A DNA stretch of 63,857 bases, counting the filler. It is 5 parts of 5 records of this genome, joined end to end, with 100 filler letters (N's around TTAATTAATTAA, not from the genome) between each part and the next. Parts side by side here need not be neighbours in the genome. Positions count along the whole stretch, not along the records: positions 18,944 to 47,267 come from SRR20825019_100; 4 more parts are not named here. One strand, given 5' to 3'. The translations under genes were made by a program, and so were the position numbers. A model generated the notes under the pieces. It was not told where the DNA came from. It did not search any database and saw only the letters and a list, made by a program, of their open reading frames with translations. Position 1 is the first letter of the stretch, and the number at the start of each line of letters is the position of its first letter. Below, one piece after another: positions 30,879 to 40,271 of this stretch.

Positions 30879-32204
30879 TCACTGTTCCCGGAACCCGCGG
30901 AACATGAGCTGATAAATGGGGCCGAGCAGATAGTCGGCGGCGGTTCGTGTTTCTGTCAGAAGCGCGACGTCCGCCGCCATTCCCACTTTGAGGTCGGATA
31001 TCGCGTCCGTTTGGCCGCTGCCGACATCGAAACGCAGTCTCGCCTCGTAGAAAGGCCGGCCGGTTATCGCATCCTCCAGCAGGTCCGCTGAAATGCGCAC
31101 GACCCGCGCATGCAGTGGCGGGCGGTCTTTCCAGCGATAGGCTCTGATGCGGACTTCGGCCAGTTGGCCGCGATAAACCGCGTCGATATCGGCCGCCCGG
31201 ATGCGTGCGTCGACAACAAGTTCGTCCTGCCGGGGGATAATGCTCAGGATCTCTTCTCCCGGCCGGGCTACACCGCCAATGGTATGGAAGGCGAGGTCGA
31301 CAACCTCCCCCGACGCGGGCGCTCGTATCTCCGTGTTGCGCAGGCGGTCGCGGGCGCTTTTCAACTGCTGGCGCAGTGCTGCGATCTCGTTTGATGTTTG
31401 GGTCAGGGCTTCGGCGCGTTCCGTCTGGCTCTGGTTTTTGAAGGCCAGGAGATTGAGCCTGGCGGCGGCCAGGTTTTCCTCGGCCTGGGCGATGTTGCTC
31501 CGGAGCGTATCCCGTTTTCCCAGAAGGGTTTCGCGGGCGCGCTTGAGGGCGAGTAGTCGGGGCTTGCGCTCCAGCCCCTTGTTCAAAAGGGTTGTAACAT
31601 CCGCTGTTTCCTCTTCCAGCATCGGCAGTTGCCTGTCCGCGGAACGGAGTTGTGCCTCCAGGGATCGGACTTCCTCCTCTATTTCCGCGATCCGGCGGGC
31701 CAGAACCAGTTCTTTGCCATGCTGTTCCCGGCGTGCGGCCTCGAAAAGGGTCTGCTCGATTTCCATCACCCGCATGGCTGTCGGATCCGTAGCATCCCGG
31801 GTCAGGGCTGCTGGCCAGTCCGGTTGGCTCGCGCCTCGCAAGGCGGCTGACAGACGAGCCTCCCGTCCGAGGGCCTGGATGAAGCGATTGCGGATCATGT
31901 CATGTTCGGCCCAGGCTTCCGTTGGGTCGAAGCGCAGTAGCGGTTGCCCGGCGGCGACACTGTCTCCTTCCGACACCAGAAGCCGTATGATCCGTCCGCC
32001 ATCCCGGCTCTGAACCGTTTTTTTGTATGACTGGACCAGAACGCGGCCCTCGGCCAGCACGGCGGCATTGAGCGGTACGAGCCAGCTCCAGAGCACGATC
32101 CCGATAATAAAAAACGTAATCACGGCAAGCGCAGACAGGGCGATAGGGCCAATCCGGGGGGAGGGCGGAATGCCCTCGGTTCGATAATCGGTGAGAGCAC
32201 TCAT
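30879..32204 (-). CDS. T1SS membrane fusion protein (HlyD/PrtE)
   Basis: TM, VQSRDGG, IRAPASGEV, LKVGMAADV. Confidence 0.9.
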   Translation of the reverse strand: MSALTDYRTEGIPPSPRIGPIALSALAVITFFIIGIVLWSWLVPLNAAVLAEGRVLVQSYKKTVQSRDGGRIIRLLVSEGDSVAAGQPLLRFDPTEAWAEHDMIRNRFIQALGREARLSAALRGASQPDWPAALTRDATDPTAMRVMEIEQTLFEAARREQHGKELVLARRIAEIEEEVRSLEAQLRSADRQLPMLEEETADVTTLLNKGLERKPRLLALKRARETLLGKRDTLRSNIAQAEENLAAARLNLLAFKNQSQTERAEALTQTSNEIAALRQQLKSARDRLRNTEIRAPASGEVVDLAFHTIGGVARPGEEILSIIPRQDELVVDARIRAADIDAVYRGQLAEVRIRAYRWKDRPPLHARVVRISADLLEDAITGRPFYEARLRFDVGSGQTDAISDLKVGMAADVALLTETRTAADYLLGPIYQLMFRGFREQ

Positions 32205-33934
32205 GATGCGGCTGGCTCAGGCAGGTGAGGGGGAAGGGCGGTTGAGGGGGCTGGAGCCGGTATGGCGATTTTTATAACGGCGCCCTGATCGAGCAGGATC
32301 ACCCGGTCCGCGCTGCGCAGCATTTCCTGGCGATGACTGGTGACGACAATCATCCGGCCCCGCTCTTTCAGCCATTTGAGCGTGGCAATCAGGGTGTTGA
32401 GCGCATTCTTGTCCAGATTGCTGTCTGGTTCATCCAGAAGGATCAGTACGGGATCTCCGTAAAGGGCGCGGGCGATACCGACTTGCTGCCGCTGACCTCC
32501 GGTCAGTTGCGCACCACTGCCTTCCATAGGGCTGTCATACCCGTTTGGCAGTTTCCCGATCAAATCGTGAATCCCGGCAAGTTTGGCGGCCTTGACCGTG
32601 GCGTAGGGATCGCAGTTCGACATCCGGGAGATGACCGTGCGCACTGTGCCGCCAATGAGCTGAACCGATTGCGGCAGATAGCCGATATGGCTGCCAAAAT
32701 CCTCCCGGCTCCAGCTGTGGGTGTCGTGCCCGTCCAGTGTGACGAAACCTACGGTCGGCTTCCAAAGGCCGGTCATCAGTTGCAGAAGTGTGGTTTTCCC
32801 TGATGCCGCCGCTCCCGCGATGCAGATGAACTCTCCGCTGCCGACATCGAAACTGACGCCTTTCACGGTTGGCCGCGGGGCACCGGGGGGGACGAAAGAG
32901 ACACGCTCAAGCCTCAGTCTGGTGCAGGGACGGGGCTGTGGCATCGAAGAGCGCTGCAGGCGCACGGGTTCGGCAAGGATGGCTGCAATGCGCCGGAGCG
33001 CGGATGCCGCCGCGTTCCAGTGCCGCCAACGGTCAAGCAATTGCTCCAGCGGCGCGAGGGCGCGCACAAGGATGATGGAGCTGGCGAGCAGCGTGCCGAA
33101 ATCCGCGGCCTGCTCCAGCACCAGCAGGGTGCCGCCACCAAACACGGCCAACTGTACCGCAAGGCGGATACCCTTCGCCGCGCTTAGAACCAAGGCCTGA
33201 CGCTGTGCCCCGCGCATGTTGGCCGCGATCATTGCCGCGTTATGGGCGCGCCATCGCCGGGCAATACCGGCAAGCATGCCCATGGCATCGATAACTTCGC
33301 CGCAGCGCAGGGTATCGCCGATTTCCCGGTAGGCTGCTTCTGCGCGTTCGCTGCTTTGCCGGACCGGTGTTCTGGTCAGGAGATCGTTCGCCACGGCCAG
33401 CGCCAGGAGAACTGTCCCTGCTCCGAGACCGAGCCAGCCGAAATAGGGATGCAGGATGAAGAGTGTCGCGAAGAACATCGGTGCCCAGATCATTTCCAGC
33501 CCGGCGGTGAGCGAGCCGCCTGAAACGAAATCACGCAGCAGTCCGATATCCTTCAGCAGTTCCGCCGGCCTTTCTCCGTCACTGAGAGAAAGCGCCGAGA
33601 TTGGCGCAATGACAACCTCGCCCAGCCGCTCCGCGAGCCAGCTGGAAAGGCGGTGGTAGGTCAGGCTGCGCAAATAATCGAGGATGGAATAGAGCAGGAT
33701 TGCTCCGCCCGCGAGGAGCGACAGGCCTGCAATCGTCGCAACGCTGCCGCTTTCCGTCACGCCGGAGAAAAGTTTCAACATATACAGGGGAGGAATGAAC
33801 ATCGTGAGTGAAATGACGAAGCTCAAAAGAATGCAAAGCATCAAGCCCGGGACGCATTTTGCCAGGACCGATTGAAGATGCAGGGGAGGTGACGGATCTG
33901 CATCATTTTGCTTCGGCATCATTTCTCGATTCAT
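32201..33934 (-). CDS. T1SS ABC permease/ATPase (PrtD-like)
   Basis: PPLYML, GAAASGKTT, GYLPQ, LTGGQRQ, LLDEPDSNLD. Confidence 0.9.
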   Translation of the reverse strand: MNREMMPKQNDADPSPPLHLQSVLAKCVPGLMLCILLSFVISLTMFIPPLYMLKLFSGVTESGSVATIAGLSLLAGGAILLYSILDYLRSLTYHRLSSWLAERLGEVVIAPISALSLSDGERPAELLKDIGLLRDFVSGGSLTAGLEMIWAPMFFATLFILHPYFGWLGLGAGTVLLALAVANDLLTRTPVRQSSERAEAAYREIGDTLRCGEVIDAMGMLAGIARRWRAHNAAMIAANMRGAQRQALVLSAAKGIRLAVQLAVFGGGTLLVLEQAADFGTLLASSIILVRALAPLEQLLDRWRHWNAAASALRRIAAILAEPVRLQRSSMPQPRPCTRLRLERVSFVPPGAPRPTVKGVSFDVGSGEFICIAGAAASGKTTLLQLMTGLWKPTVGFVTLDGHDTHSWSREDFGSHIGYLPQSVQLIGGTVRTVISRMSNCDPYATVKAAKLAGIHDLIGKLPNGYDSPMEGSGAQLTGGQRQQVGIARALYGDPVLILLDEPDSNLDKNALNTLIATLKWLKERGRMIVVTSHRQEMLRSADRVILLDQGAVIKIAIPAPAPSTALPPHLPEPAAS

Positions 33935-33979
33935 GTATTTGAAGAACGCGCTTATCTTTGGTCATCGACGGACTCTTGG

Positions 33980-34960
33980 TCAGCCGATACTGATGTAAGA
34001 GCCGATGTCGCTGAGCAGGTCGTGGGCGTTCAGGCCGTCGATGGTGACGACATTGCCTCCTCCGAAATCGATCACGGCATTGCCGAGTGCATCGCTGGAG
34101 ATGCGGGTGGTGAGATCGCCCGGTTCGGTAACCGGCAGACCATTGATCCCCGTTGAGACAACGATCGTGTCGGTCCCCGCGACGAAGTCATGGATGACAT
34201 CGACGCCGCTGTTGCTCCGGAAGACGAACTGATCGCCACCGAGATTACCGTGCAAGGCGTCGTCTCCGCTCCCGCCTTCCAGCATGTCGTCGTTCTGGCC
34301 GCCATAGAGAGTGTCGTCGCCGGCACCGCCGAAGATCGTGTCGTTCTGCTGATTTCCGTAGACGATATCCCAGCCCGCGTTGCCATGGACGATATCGGCG
34401 TCCCGGTTGCCCATCAGGAAATCGCCGTCAGCACCGCCGGATATATGATCCTCTCCCTGACCGCCGAAAAGACTGTTCGCGCCTTCATTCGCGGCAAGCG
34501 TGTCGCTTCCCGTATTACCGTAGATAATATCGTTACCAAGTCCTCCGATCAGACTGTCGGAGCCGATGCCGCCACGCACAAGGTCGTCGCCGATGCCCGC
34601 ATCGATGGTATCGGAACCACTGCCCGCCTGAATATTGTCGCCGCTGCCGCTGCCTGTGATCAGGGCATCTCCCGAGCCCTGTATGATCAGGGTCTTTCCG
34701 GTTTCGGAGTCGGGGTTGAGGGAAAGCGAGATCTGTTTCCCGTCGGGAGCAAGGGCCGTCGCGGCCGTTATCGTGTCCGACAGAACAAAAGGCGCCGGAC
34801 TATCGCCACCGGATGAGCTGTCAAATGATTGAACCGTGACGGTCTCGACGGAGGATTCAGCCAGGCCGAGCGAATCAAGAAAGTCGCGAATGAGAGTGCT
34901 TTGCTCCGCGTCTATATTCCGGTTCTCTACCGGATCGAACCCTCCTACCAGAGATGCCAT
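33980..34960 (-). CDS. RTX Ca-binding protein (~326 aa), probable T1SS substrate
   Basis: Start MASLVGG after GGGAGA; multiple GGxGxD repeats; GGDQFVF...DVIHDF tail. Confidence 0.9.
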   Translation of the reverse strand: MASLVGGFDPVENRNIDAEQSTLIRDFLDSLGLAESSVETVTVQSFDSSSGGDSPAPFVLSDTITAATALAPDGKQISLSLNPDSETGKTLIIQGSGDALITGSGSGDNIQAGSGSDTIDAGIGDDLVRGGIGSDSLIGGLGNDIIYGNTGSDTLAANEGANSLFGGQGEDHISGGADGDFLMGNRDADIVHGNAGWDIVYGNQQNDTIFGGAGDDTLYGGQNDDMLEGGSGDDALHGNLGGDQFVFRSNSGVDVIHDFVAGTDTIVVSTGINGLPVTEPGDLTTRISSDALGNAVIDFGGGNVVTIDGLNAHDLLSDIGSYISIG

Positions 34961-35000
34961 ATGATTTTCTCCCGCGCGACAGCGTCTCGCCCCGGCATAT

Positions 35001-35873
35001 TCAGTCCTTCCTGTAGCCCTGTGGAACGACCATGAATGTGTCCTGGTAATGCAGGGCACCCGGCTTCTCCGCCCATTTCCCCGGGTCGAAGCCGACAATC
35101 CGGAGGCCGCTGTCTTCCAGCATCCGGGTCCAGGTCGCGCGGGTGTAGCCGGCAAAGAAATCCTGCCCCTGATAGGCGTAGTAACAGCCCTGCTCTTCCT
35201 GCGTGACGGACCGGTGCAACCCGGTGCGGCGGACGAAATCGAAAAAGAATTCATCAATGATGAAACAGGTCAGATACGCGCATCCGCCGCGCTTCAATAC
35301 CCGCGACAACTCCGAGAAATAGCTGATGCAATCCTGCTTCTGGAGATGGGTGAAAAGGGATATGGCAAAGGCGAAATCGACCTCTTCATGGTGCAGCTCG
35401 GAGAGGTGATAGCGGTTCGCGGCGCCGGGATTGCGCGGCTCGAAATAGTAATTATTGACCGCCTCTCTCTGAATGAAGCGGATGCTGCCTGTGTCGGAGA
35501 CGACATTATTCCGGCACCAGTCGAGGCCTTCTTGCCAGACGTCGATGCCGTAATAGGAGCCGCCGTCCAGGTGGGCGGCGAAGGGGATCGCCAGCCGCCC
35601 GCATCCGCAGCCAAGATCGAGGATCGTCGCCGTCCGCTCGACACTGCCGCGCTGAACCAGCTCACCGAACAGATCGCACATCGTGGCGCGGAAGTGGGCT
35701 TCGTCCGGGCTGCCGACAATATTCATCATGGCCGGTGGCGGCAGTGCATCTGACGTCATGGACCAACAGCGCTCGATGGTTTGCCGGACCCGTTGCGCCT
35801 TTGCCTCGGCAGCCTCGGCCTCTGACTGCAAGGTTTGGATATAGGCACTGGCGGCGGGGAAAGCGTCAGTCAT
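35001..35873 (-). CDS. Class I SAM-dependent methyltransferase
   Basis: ILDLGCGCGR, FAISLFTHL, RVLKRGG. Confidence 0.9.
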   Translation of the reverse strand: MTDAFPAASAYIQTLQSEAEAAEAKAQRVRQTIERCWSMTSDALPPPAMMNIVGSPDEAHFRATMCDLFGELVQRGSVERTATILDLGCGCGRLAIPFAAHLDGGSYYGIDVWQEGLDWCRNNVVSDTGSIRFIQREAVNNYYFEPRNPGAANRYHLSELHHEEVDFAFAISLFTHLQKQDCISYFSELSRVLKRGGCAYLTCFIIDEFFFDFVRRTGLHRSVTQEEQGCYYAYQGQDFFAGYTRATWTRMLEDSGLRIVGFDPGKWAEKPGALHYQDTFMVVPQGYRKD

Positions 35874-38313
35874 CGGCTGGCACCTGTTGTTGGTCGGCAG
35901 GTTCCACATGCGGCCGCTGCCGACCCTGGTGTTGGCCGAACTTGGTGAAGTGGTCAAAAGCAGTCTTGAAGCGCCCCTCGGCAATCGCCCGGGCGATGTC
36001 GGGGTTCTCCGCCCGGTATGCAAATTCGTCGAAATCCGGTGGCGGCTGTATCACGGTTGTCCGGATGTAGTGATCGGCCAGGCCGGAAAGCTGAGGGATC
36101 AGGTCGCCCGCCTCGACGGCAAGGCCGCGGGTGCGGATAATCTCGGTGACGGTCATTTGCAGCAGAACCCAGCGCCGGTCGAGCTCCTTCTCCTGCGCCG
36201 CACAGCGGGCTTTCAGCCTGTCCAGTTCGGAGTCTTCGGGCATGGAGCGGGACATTCCGGCGGGAGTTGTCTCAAGACGGGATCTCAGGTCCCCCAACCC
36301 ATAGGCCTGACCCATCAGACCCGCGAGTGTGGCAAATTGCGGTTCATGCGCCGCCCGCCGCAGATAGCGGTTTCTCAAGATGGCGCTGAAGGCGACATGC
36401 GGGTTTTCGCTGCCGCTGTCGGAATTCGCGTAACTGCCGACGCTCTCCTGGCCTTCGTTTGAGCGGTGGTGATAGTTCGCCAGGGGCTGCGGCAGGACAC
36501 CGATATCGGCATTCATCAGGAAGCGCAGATTGAAATCCCAGTCCCCGAGCACCGGGAGGCTTTCGTCAAACCCGCCAAGGCGTTCCCATAAAGAGCGCCG
36601 GAACAGGAAGGATATCGGCGGGAACACATTACCGGCCGCCATCTCGGCGATTTGCACATTCTGGAGCCAGCTGTTGAAGGGGCGGCGGCCGCATTCAAGC
36701 ACCCTGCCTTCGGAGAGGACCTCTTCAACATGGATGCTGTGGCAGACGACACCGTCATACAGCGGCCCATGCCGGTTCAGAAAAGCGACGGATTGTTCGA
36801 GGTAATCCGGCTCCCAGCTATCATCGTCGTCGTGAATGACGATCAGGTCGGATGCGGACGCGCGGATGCCGGCGTTGGAAGCGGCTTCCATACCGGCGCT
36901 TTCCGGATGTGAGCGGAAGATGATGCGTGTCGGGTCTACGAGGGATTTTTCGATGATTTCCCGCACCGGCTCCGGGTCGCCGCCATCATTGACGATAACC
37001 CAGTACAGGTTTCGATAGCTCTGTTTGGCGATGCTGCGGGCGGCCCTTTCAAGCAACAGGGGACGATCCTTGGTGCGGGTAATGATCGCGACGCCGGGCT
37101 CGTCCTGTTTTGCCGGGCGCGTTGCTTGCGCCCGCAAGATGCGCTGCGCCCGTTGCCGCCGCTCCCCGTCGAATTCGATGGCGGCTTGTCCCGGCTGCCA
37201 GAGCGCATCGTCGATCCGTTGTTGTGGTGTGTCGCCGGGAAAACGACCTTTCGCGGGCAGGATGACGGAGACGGAGCCGGCGCGTCCAAGATCCAGTGAG
37301 CGCGGCTTCAGGGTCAGCAGGTGCAGGTCGTCCCTTGTCGGCGCGGCAATCATGTCCGGGAGCAGTGTCAAGGCCATTGCGCAGGAGGCTGCAATTTTCC
37401 CGGGGCTGTCCGCCGCGTGCGCGTTGATATGGGCGACAACGCCCTCAAAGGCCGGATCGGGCAGACTGTGTGCGCCATGCGCGGTGTGATCCGGCGGGGC
37501 TGGTTGTCGTGCCGCCTCGATATCGTTCTGGTCGATACGCTCAACGGAAGGGAGTGCAGGCTCAAGCAGGCTCTCGATCAGGTGACGGTGGAGAATGATG
37601 GCGGTAACGGGCTCGTCGGGATCGTAATGCGGGCTGTCGAACATCAGACCGGACATCTTCCGTGGCCGATATCCAAGGATCTCCGTCCGTTCCGTGCAGC
37701 CGAAATAGAGACCTGTCCAGTCCCGCGCCGGAAAGGCCTGTTCCAGCAAGAGCTGCTGTGTCCCGCGCCATCCGGTGTCGATCAGGATAAACCGGTCCGC
37801 GCCATCGGCGAGGGCATCGAGATAATCCGCAAAGAGACGGGATTGCTGCTGCAGATGCAGGCGCACGCTTTTTGCGATGGGCAAGTCCGTGCGCAGGAAT
37901 TCGTGAAGGGGCTGTTGCGGGATTGGTGGCAGAGCGCCGTTCTTCCCGTAAAGGGGCTGTGACCGTAACAGCGCGCGGAGGATGCTCTCCAGGGTTTCCC
38001 CCTCCATCTCCCTGCCGAGAGCAGTCAGAGCGAGATCCGGAACGGGGCCGTAAGCCGCCTTGACGGCCATCAGGCGGGAGGCGCGGAAGAGCGCGGCATT
38101 GGCGGGAAAGGGTAAGCCCCGCTGCTTCAGCCAGATGCCGTAGAGAGTCTGAATTCGGAGACCGGCGCGCAGGGTGAACAGGATGCGGTCACGGCGCGGG
38201 TCCGTTTGCATGAGATGTGCGTGCAGTTTCAGTAAATAGAGATTGAGGAGCGGGCCAAGCAGATCCCGGCCGATCTCCCCGAGGGTCCTCGGTTCGGTTT
38301 TTTGCCGTGTCAT
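35866..38313 (-). CDS. Multidomain glycosyltransferase: N-terminal PRTase-like (gPRT) domain + GT2 + C-terminal YxxxNPD...HFxxFG repeat
   Basis: LGPLL...ILFTLRAG...IDTGWRGTQQ; GT2 motifs TRTKDRP, VNDGG, HDDDDSW, GDWDF; ATGA overlap with the HAD gene. Confidence 0.8.
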   Translation of the reverse strand: MTRQKTEPRTLGEIGRDLLGPLLNLYLLKLHAHLMQTDPRRDRILFTLRAGLRIQTLYGIWLKQRGLPFPANAALFRASRLMAVKAAYGPVPDLALTALGREMEGETLESILRALLRSQPLYGKNGALPPIPQQPLHEFLRTDLPIAKSVRLHLQQQSRLFADYLDALADGADRFILIDTGWRGTQQLLLEQAFPARDWTGLYFGCTERTEILGYRPRKMSGLMFDSPHYDPDEPVTAIILHRHLIESLLEPALPSVERIDQNDIEAARQPAPPDHTAHGAHSLPDPAFEGVVAHINAHAADSPGKIAASCAMALTLLPDMIAAPTRDDLHLLTLKPRSLDLGRAGSVSVILPAKGRFPGDTPQQRIDDALWQPGQAAIEFDGERRQRAQRILRAQATRPAKQDEPGVAIITRTKDRPLLLERAARSIAKQSYRNLYWVIVNDGGDPEPVREIIEKSLVDPTRIIFRSHPESAGMEAASNAGIRASASDLIVIHDDDDSWEPDYLEQSVAFLNRHGPLYDGVVCHSIHVEEVLSEGRVLECGRRPFNSWLQNVQIAEMAAGNVFPPISFLFRRSLWERLGGFDESLPVLGDWDFNLRFLMNADIGVLPQPLANYHHRSNEGQESVGSYANSDSGSENPHVAFSAILRNRYLRRAAHEPQFATLAGLMGQAYGLGDLRSRLETTPAGMSRSMPEDSELDRLKARCAAQEKELDRRWVLLQMTVTEIIRTRGLAVEAGDLIPQLSGLADHYIRTTVIQPPPDFDEFAYRAENPDIARAIAEGRFKTAFDHFTKFGQHQGRQRPHVEPADQQQVPADD

Positions 38314-39287
38314 GGCGTGAACCTGCATTCCAGCCTGAAGCCGCTCTCCAGAACAGGGATCCGCGCGAGGGTGTCGGCGAAGCAATCCCGGCGTGTATCC
38401 AGCTCTTCGCCGGGAAGCGGCAGATAGAGAGCGTTCCAGCCAGAGCGCTTCGCGCTGCGATAATCATCTTCCAGATTGTCGCCGATATGCAGCGCGTGGC
38501 CCGGGGCGACACGCATGGTCCGGGCAACATGGCTGAACAATGCGCCTGCCGCTTTACTGCCGTGACCATCCGCCGAAGAGAAAATCCGTGGACGTTTCTC
38601 GCTCGTCTTCAGGGCGGAAAAGATGCGTCCGATCTGACTGCTGTCCAGATACATATCCGACAGGAAGACGATCGGCAGTGACGGGAACCGTTCTTCAAGC
38701 GCTGTAACAAGCGGATTGAGGGAAACATTCTCGATCTCGCATTCCAGCTCGGTCTGGATATAGCGCGCGGCCAGATCCGGCCGGTTGAGGAGCGTGCAAA
38801 CGGCGTTGGCGATGGCGTTGAGTGACGGATCGCCTTCAGCTTCGGGATCCCGCTGCATTCCATAGGCGGCGCGTGCGGTGATGAGCCGGGCGAGCAGTAT
38901 GTCTTCCGGGTCGATATTCGCTCCGGCGTCAGAGCCGGATATGATTTGCTGGAAGAGTTTCGAGTGTGTCCAGAAACGGTCAAGTTCCGGCGATGTTGCG
39001 CGGAGAAGGGCCGTATCGAAAACATCGATCGACAGCAGCTCGATCGATTTTGCCGTGATAATCTGGCTGATCAGATCGAGGATTTCGCAAAGATTTTCAG
39101 GATCCTCGTAAAAGGTGCGCAGGTTCGCGCTCGCGATCAATCTGGCGAGAGACGGGGCCATTTCTTGGCCAATTGGCGCATAGCTATTACGCCCGGCGCC
39201 GCTATCGATTTTCCCGTGCCTGTCCATCGATCCCGGTCCTGCATCGTAGAGCGCCTTTGCTCCCGATGCTGGGGATCGTGCCAGCAA
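38310..39287 (-). CDS. HAD-family phosphatase (phosphoribose phosphatase-like); exact start uncertain
   Basis: SIDVFDTALLR, FLSDMYL, K in GSKAAG, HIGDNLEDD. Confidence 0.8.
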   Translation of the reverse strand: MLARSPASGAKALYDAGPGSMDRHGKIDSGAGRNSYAPIGQEMAPSLARLIASANLRTFYEDPENLCEILDLISQIITAKSIELLSIDVFDTALLRATSPELDRFWTHSKLFQQIISGSDAGANIDPEDILLARLITARAAYGMQRDPEAEGDPSLNAIANAVCTLLNRPDLAARYIQTELECEIENVSLNPLVTALEERFPSLPIVFLSDMYLDSSQIGRIFSALKTSEKRPRIFSSADGHGSKAAGALFSHVARTMRVAPGHALHIGDNLEDDYRSAKRSGWNALYLPLPGEELDTRRDCFADTLARIPVLESGFRLECRFTP

Positions 39288-39309
39288 TCCAATTGCAATT
39301 AAAGATTAT

Positions 39310-39366
39310 TTTGCATGCCGGGTTATTCTCCATAAAGGTATATTCAGGATGGTCCCGGCATGCAAA
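39310..39366. repeat. Perfect 13-bp inverted repeat with 31-bp spacer
   Basis: TTTGCATGCCGGG (39310-39322) / CCCGGCATGCAAA (39354-39366). Confidence 0.85.
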
Positions 39367-39376
39367 TATTGGCGCG

Positions 39377-40123
39377 TTAGTTCAGGAAATCTGGCTCTTC
39401 TTTCTCCAGCATCCGGCGCAGTGCCTTGAAATGCCGGTCCGCGACCCGGGCGTTTTCGGTTGAGGCTTGCTGGCGGGTGTGGGAGCGGACCCGGTCCGAA
39501 ATCGTGCGCATTTTCTGGCCGGTGGATTTCGCCAGCACCTGCACCTTGGCGGCCCGTTCCAGATAATAAAGATCGTTGAAAGTATCCTGCACCGTGGCGC
39601 CGGTGGTGATGACACCATGGCAGGCGAGGAACAGGATCGCGTTATTGCCCATCTTGCTCGCCATCCGCGCGCCTTCATCCTCGTCCAGCGCCAGACCTTC
39701 ATATTCATCGTCATAGGCGATGCGGCCATCGAACATCAGCGCGTTCTGCTCGCACATCTCCAGCCGGCCGCCTTCCAGCAGGGTGAGGGCGGTGGCATAG
39801 GGCATATGCGTGTGCATGATGCAGACGGCACTCGGCACGTGTTTGTGCATCTGGCTGTGAATGAAGAAGGCCGTGTCCTCAACCGTCTCCGATCCTTCAA
39901 GGACAGTGCCGTCACCGTCGCAGAGCACCATCGAGGAGGCTGTGACTTCAGACCAGTGCCAGCCGAACGGGTTGATCAGGAACCGGTTGCCGCGCATCAC
40001 GCCGTCATCGTCGGGCAGAGCCAGCGAGAAGTGATTGTCGACGCCTTCATTGAGGCCCATGCGGGCGGACCAGCGCAGTGAACAGGCGAGATCGATGCGG
40101 GCTTGCTGAATGTCCGTGGTCAT
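39377..40123 (-). CDS. Class II aldolase/adducin family protein
   Basis: NHFSL, FIHSQMH, HTHMPYAT, CHGV. Confidence 0.9.
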   Translation of the reverse strand: MTTDIQQARIDLACSLRWSARMGLNEGVDNHFSLALPDDDGVMRGNRFLINPFGWHWSEVTASSMVLCDGDGTVLEGSETVEDTAFFIHSQMHKHVPSAVCIMHTHMPYATALTLLEGGRLEMCEQNALMFDGRIAYDDEYEGLALDEDEGARMASKMGNNAILFLACHGVITTGATVQDTFNDLYYLERAAKVQVLAKSTGQKMRTISDRVRSHTRQQASTENARVADRHFKALRRMLEKEEPDFLN

Positions 40124-40271
40124 GGCTGGTCTCCCTCCAGGCGAGCTTATCAATGGGTAAGAATTTGTTGTTTTGCCGACGATAGACCGGGCGTTAGGGT
40201 CCCGTGAAGTGCCAAGCGGTGCACGGTACCGGCCCGGGCCGGCGTCAATTTCAGAAAGTAACGGGGGCGGA

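Noticed and set aside
34961-35257. N-terminal extension of the RTX ORF (also the extensions on the ORFs listed at 27992, 40173, 49700, 55734)
   Set aside because: They overlap neighbouring genes or intergenic DNA; better downstream starts exist
39265-39285. Sigma54 promoter (TGGCACG on the minus strand)
   Set aside because: No TTGC at -12; GG-GC spacing is 11, not 10
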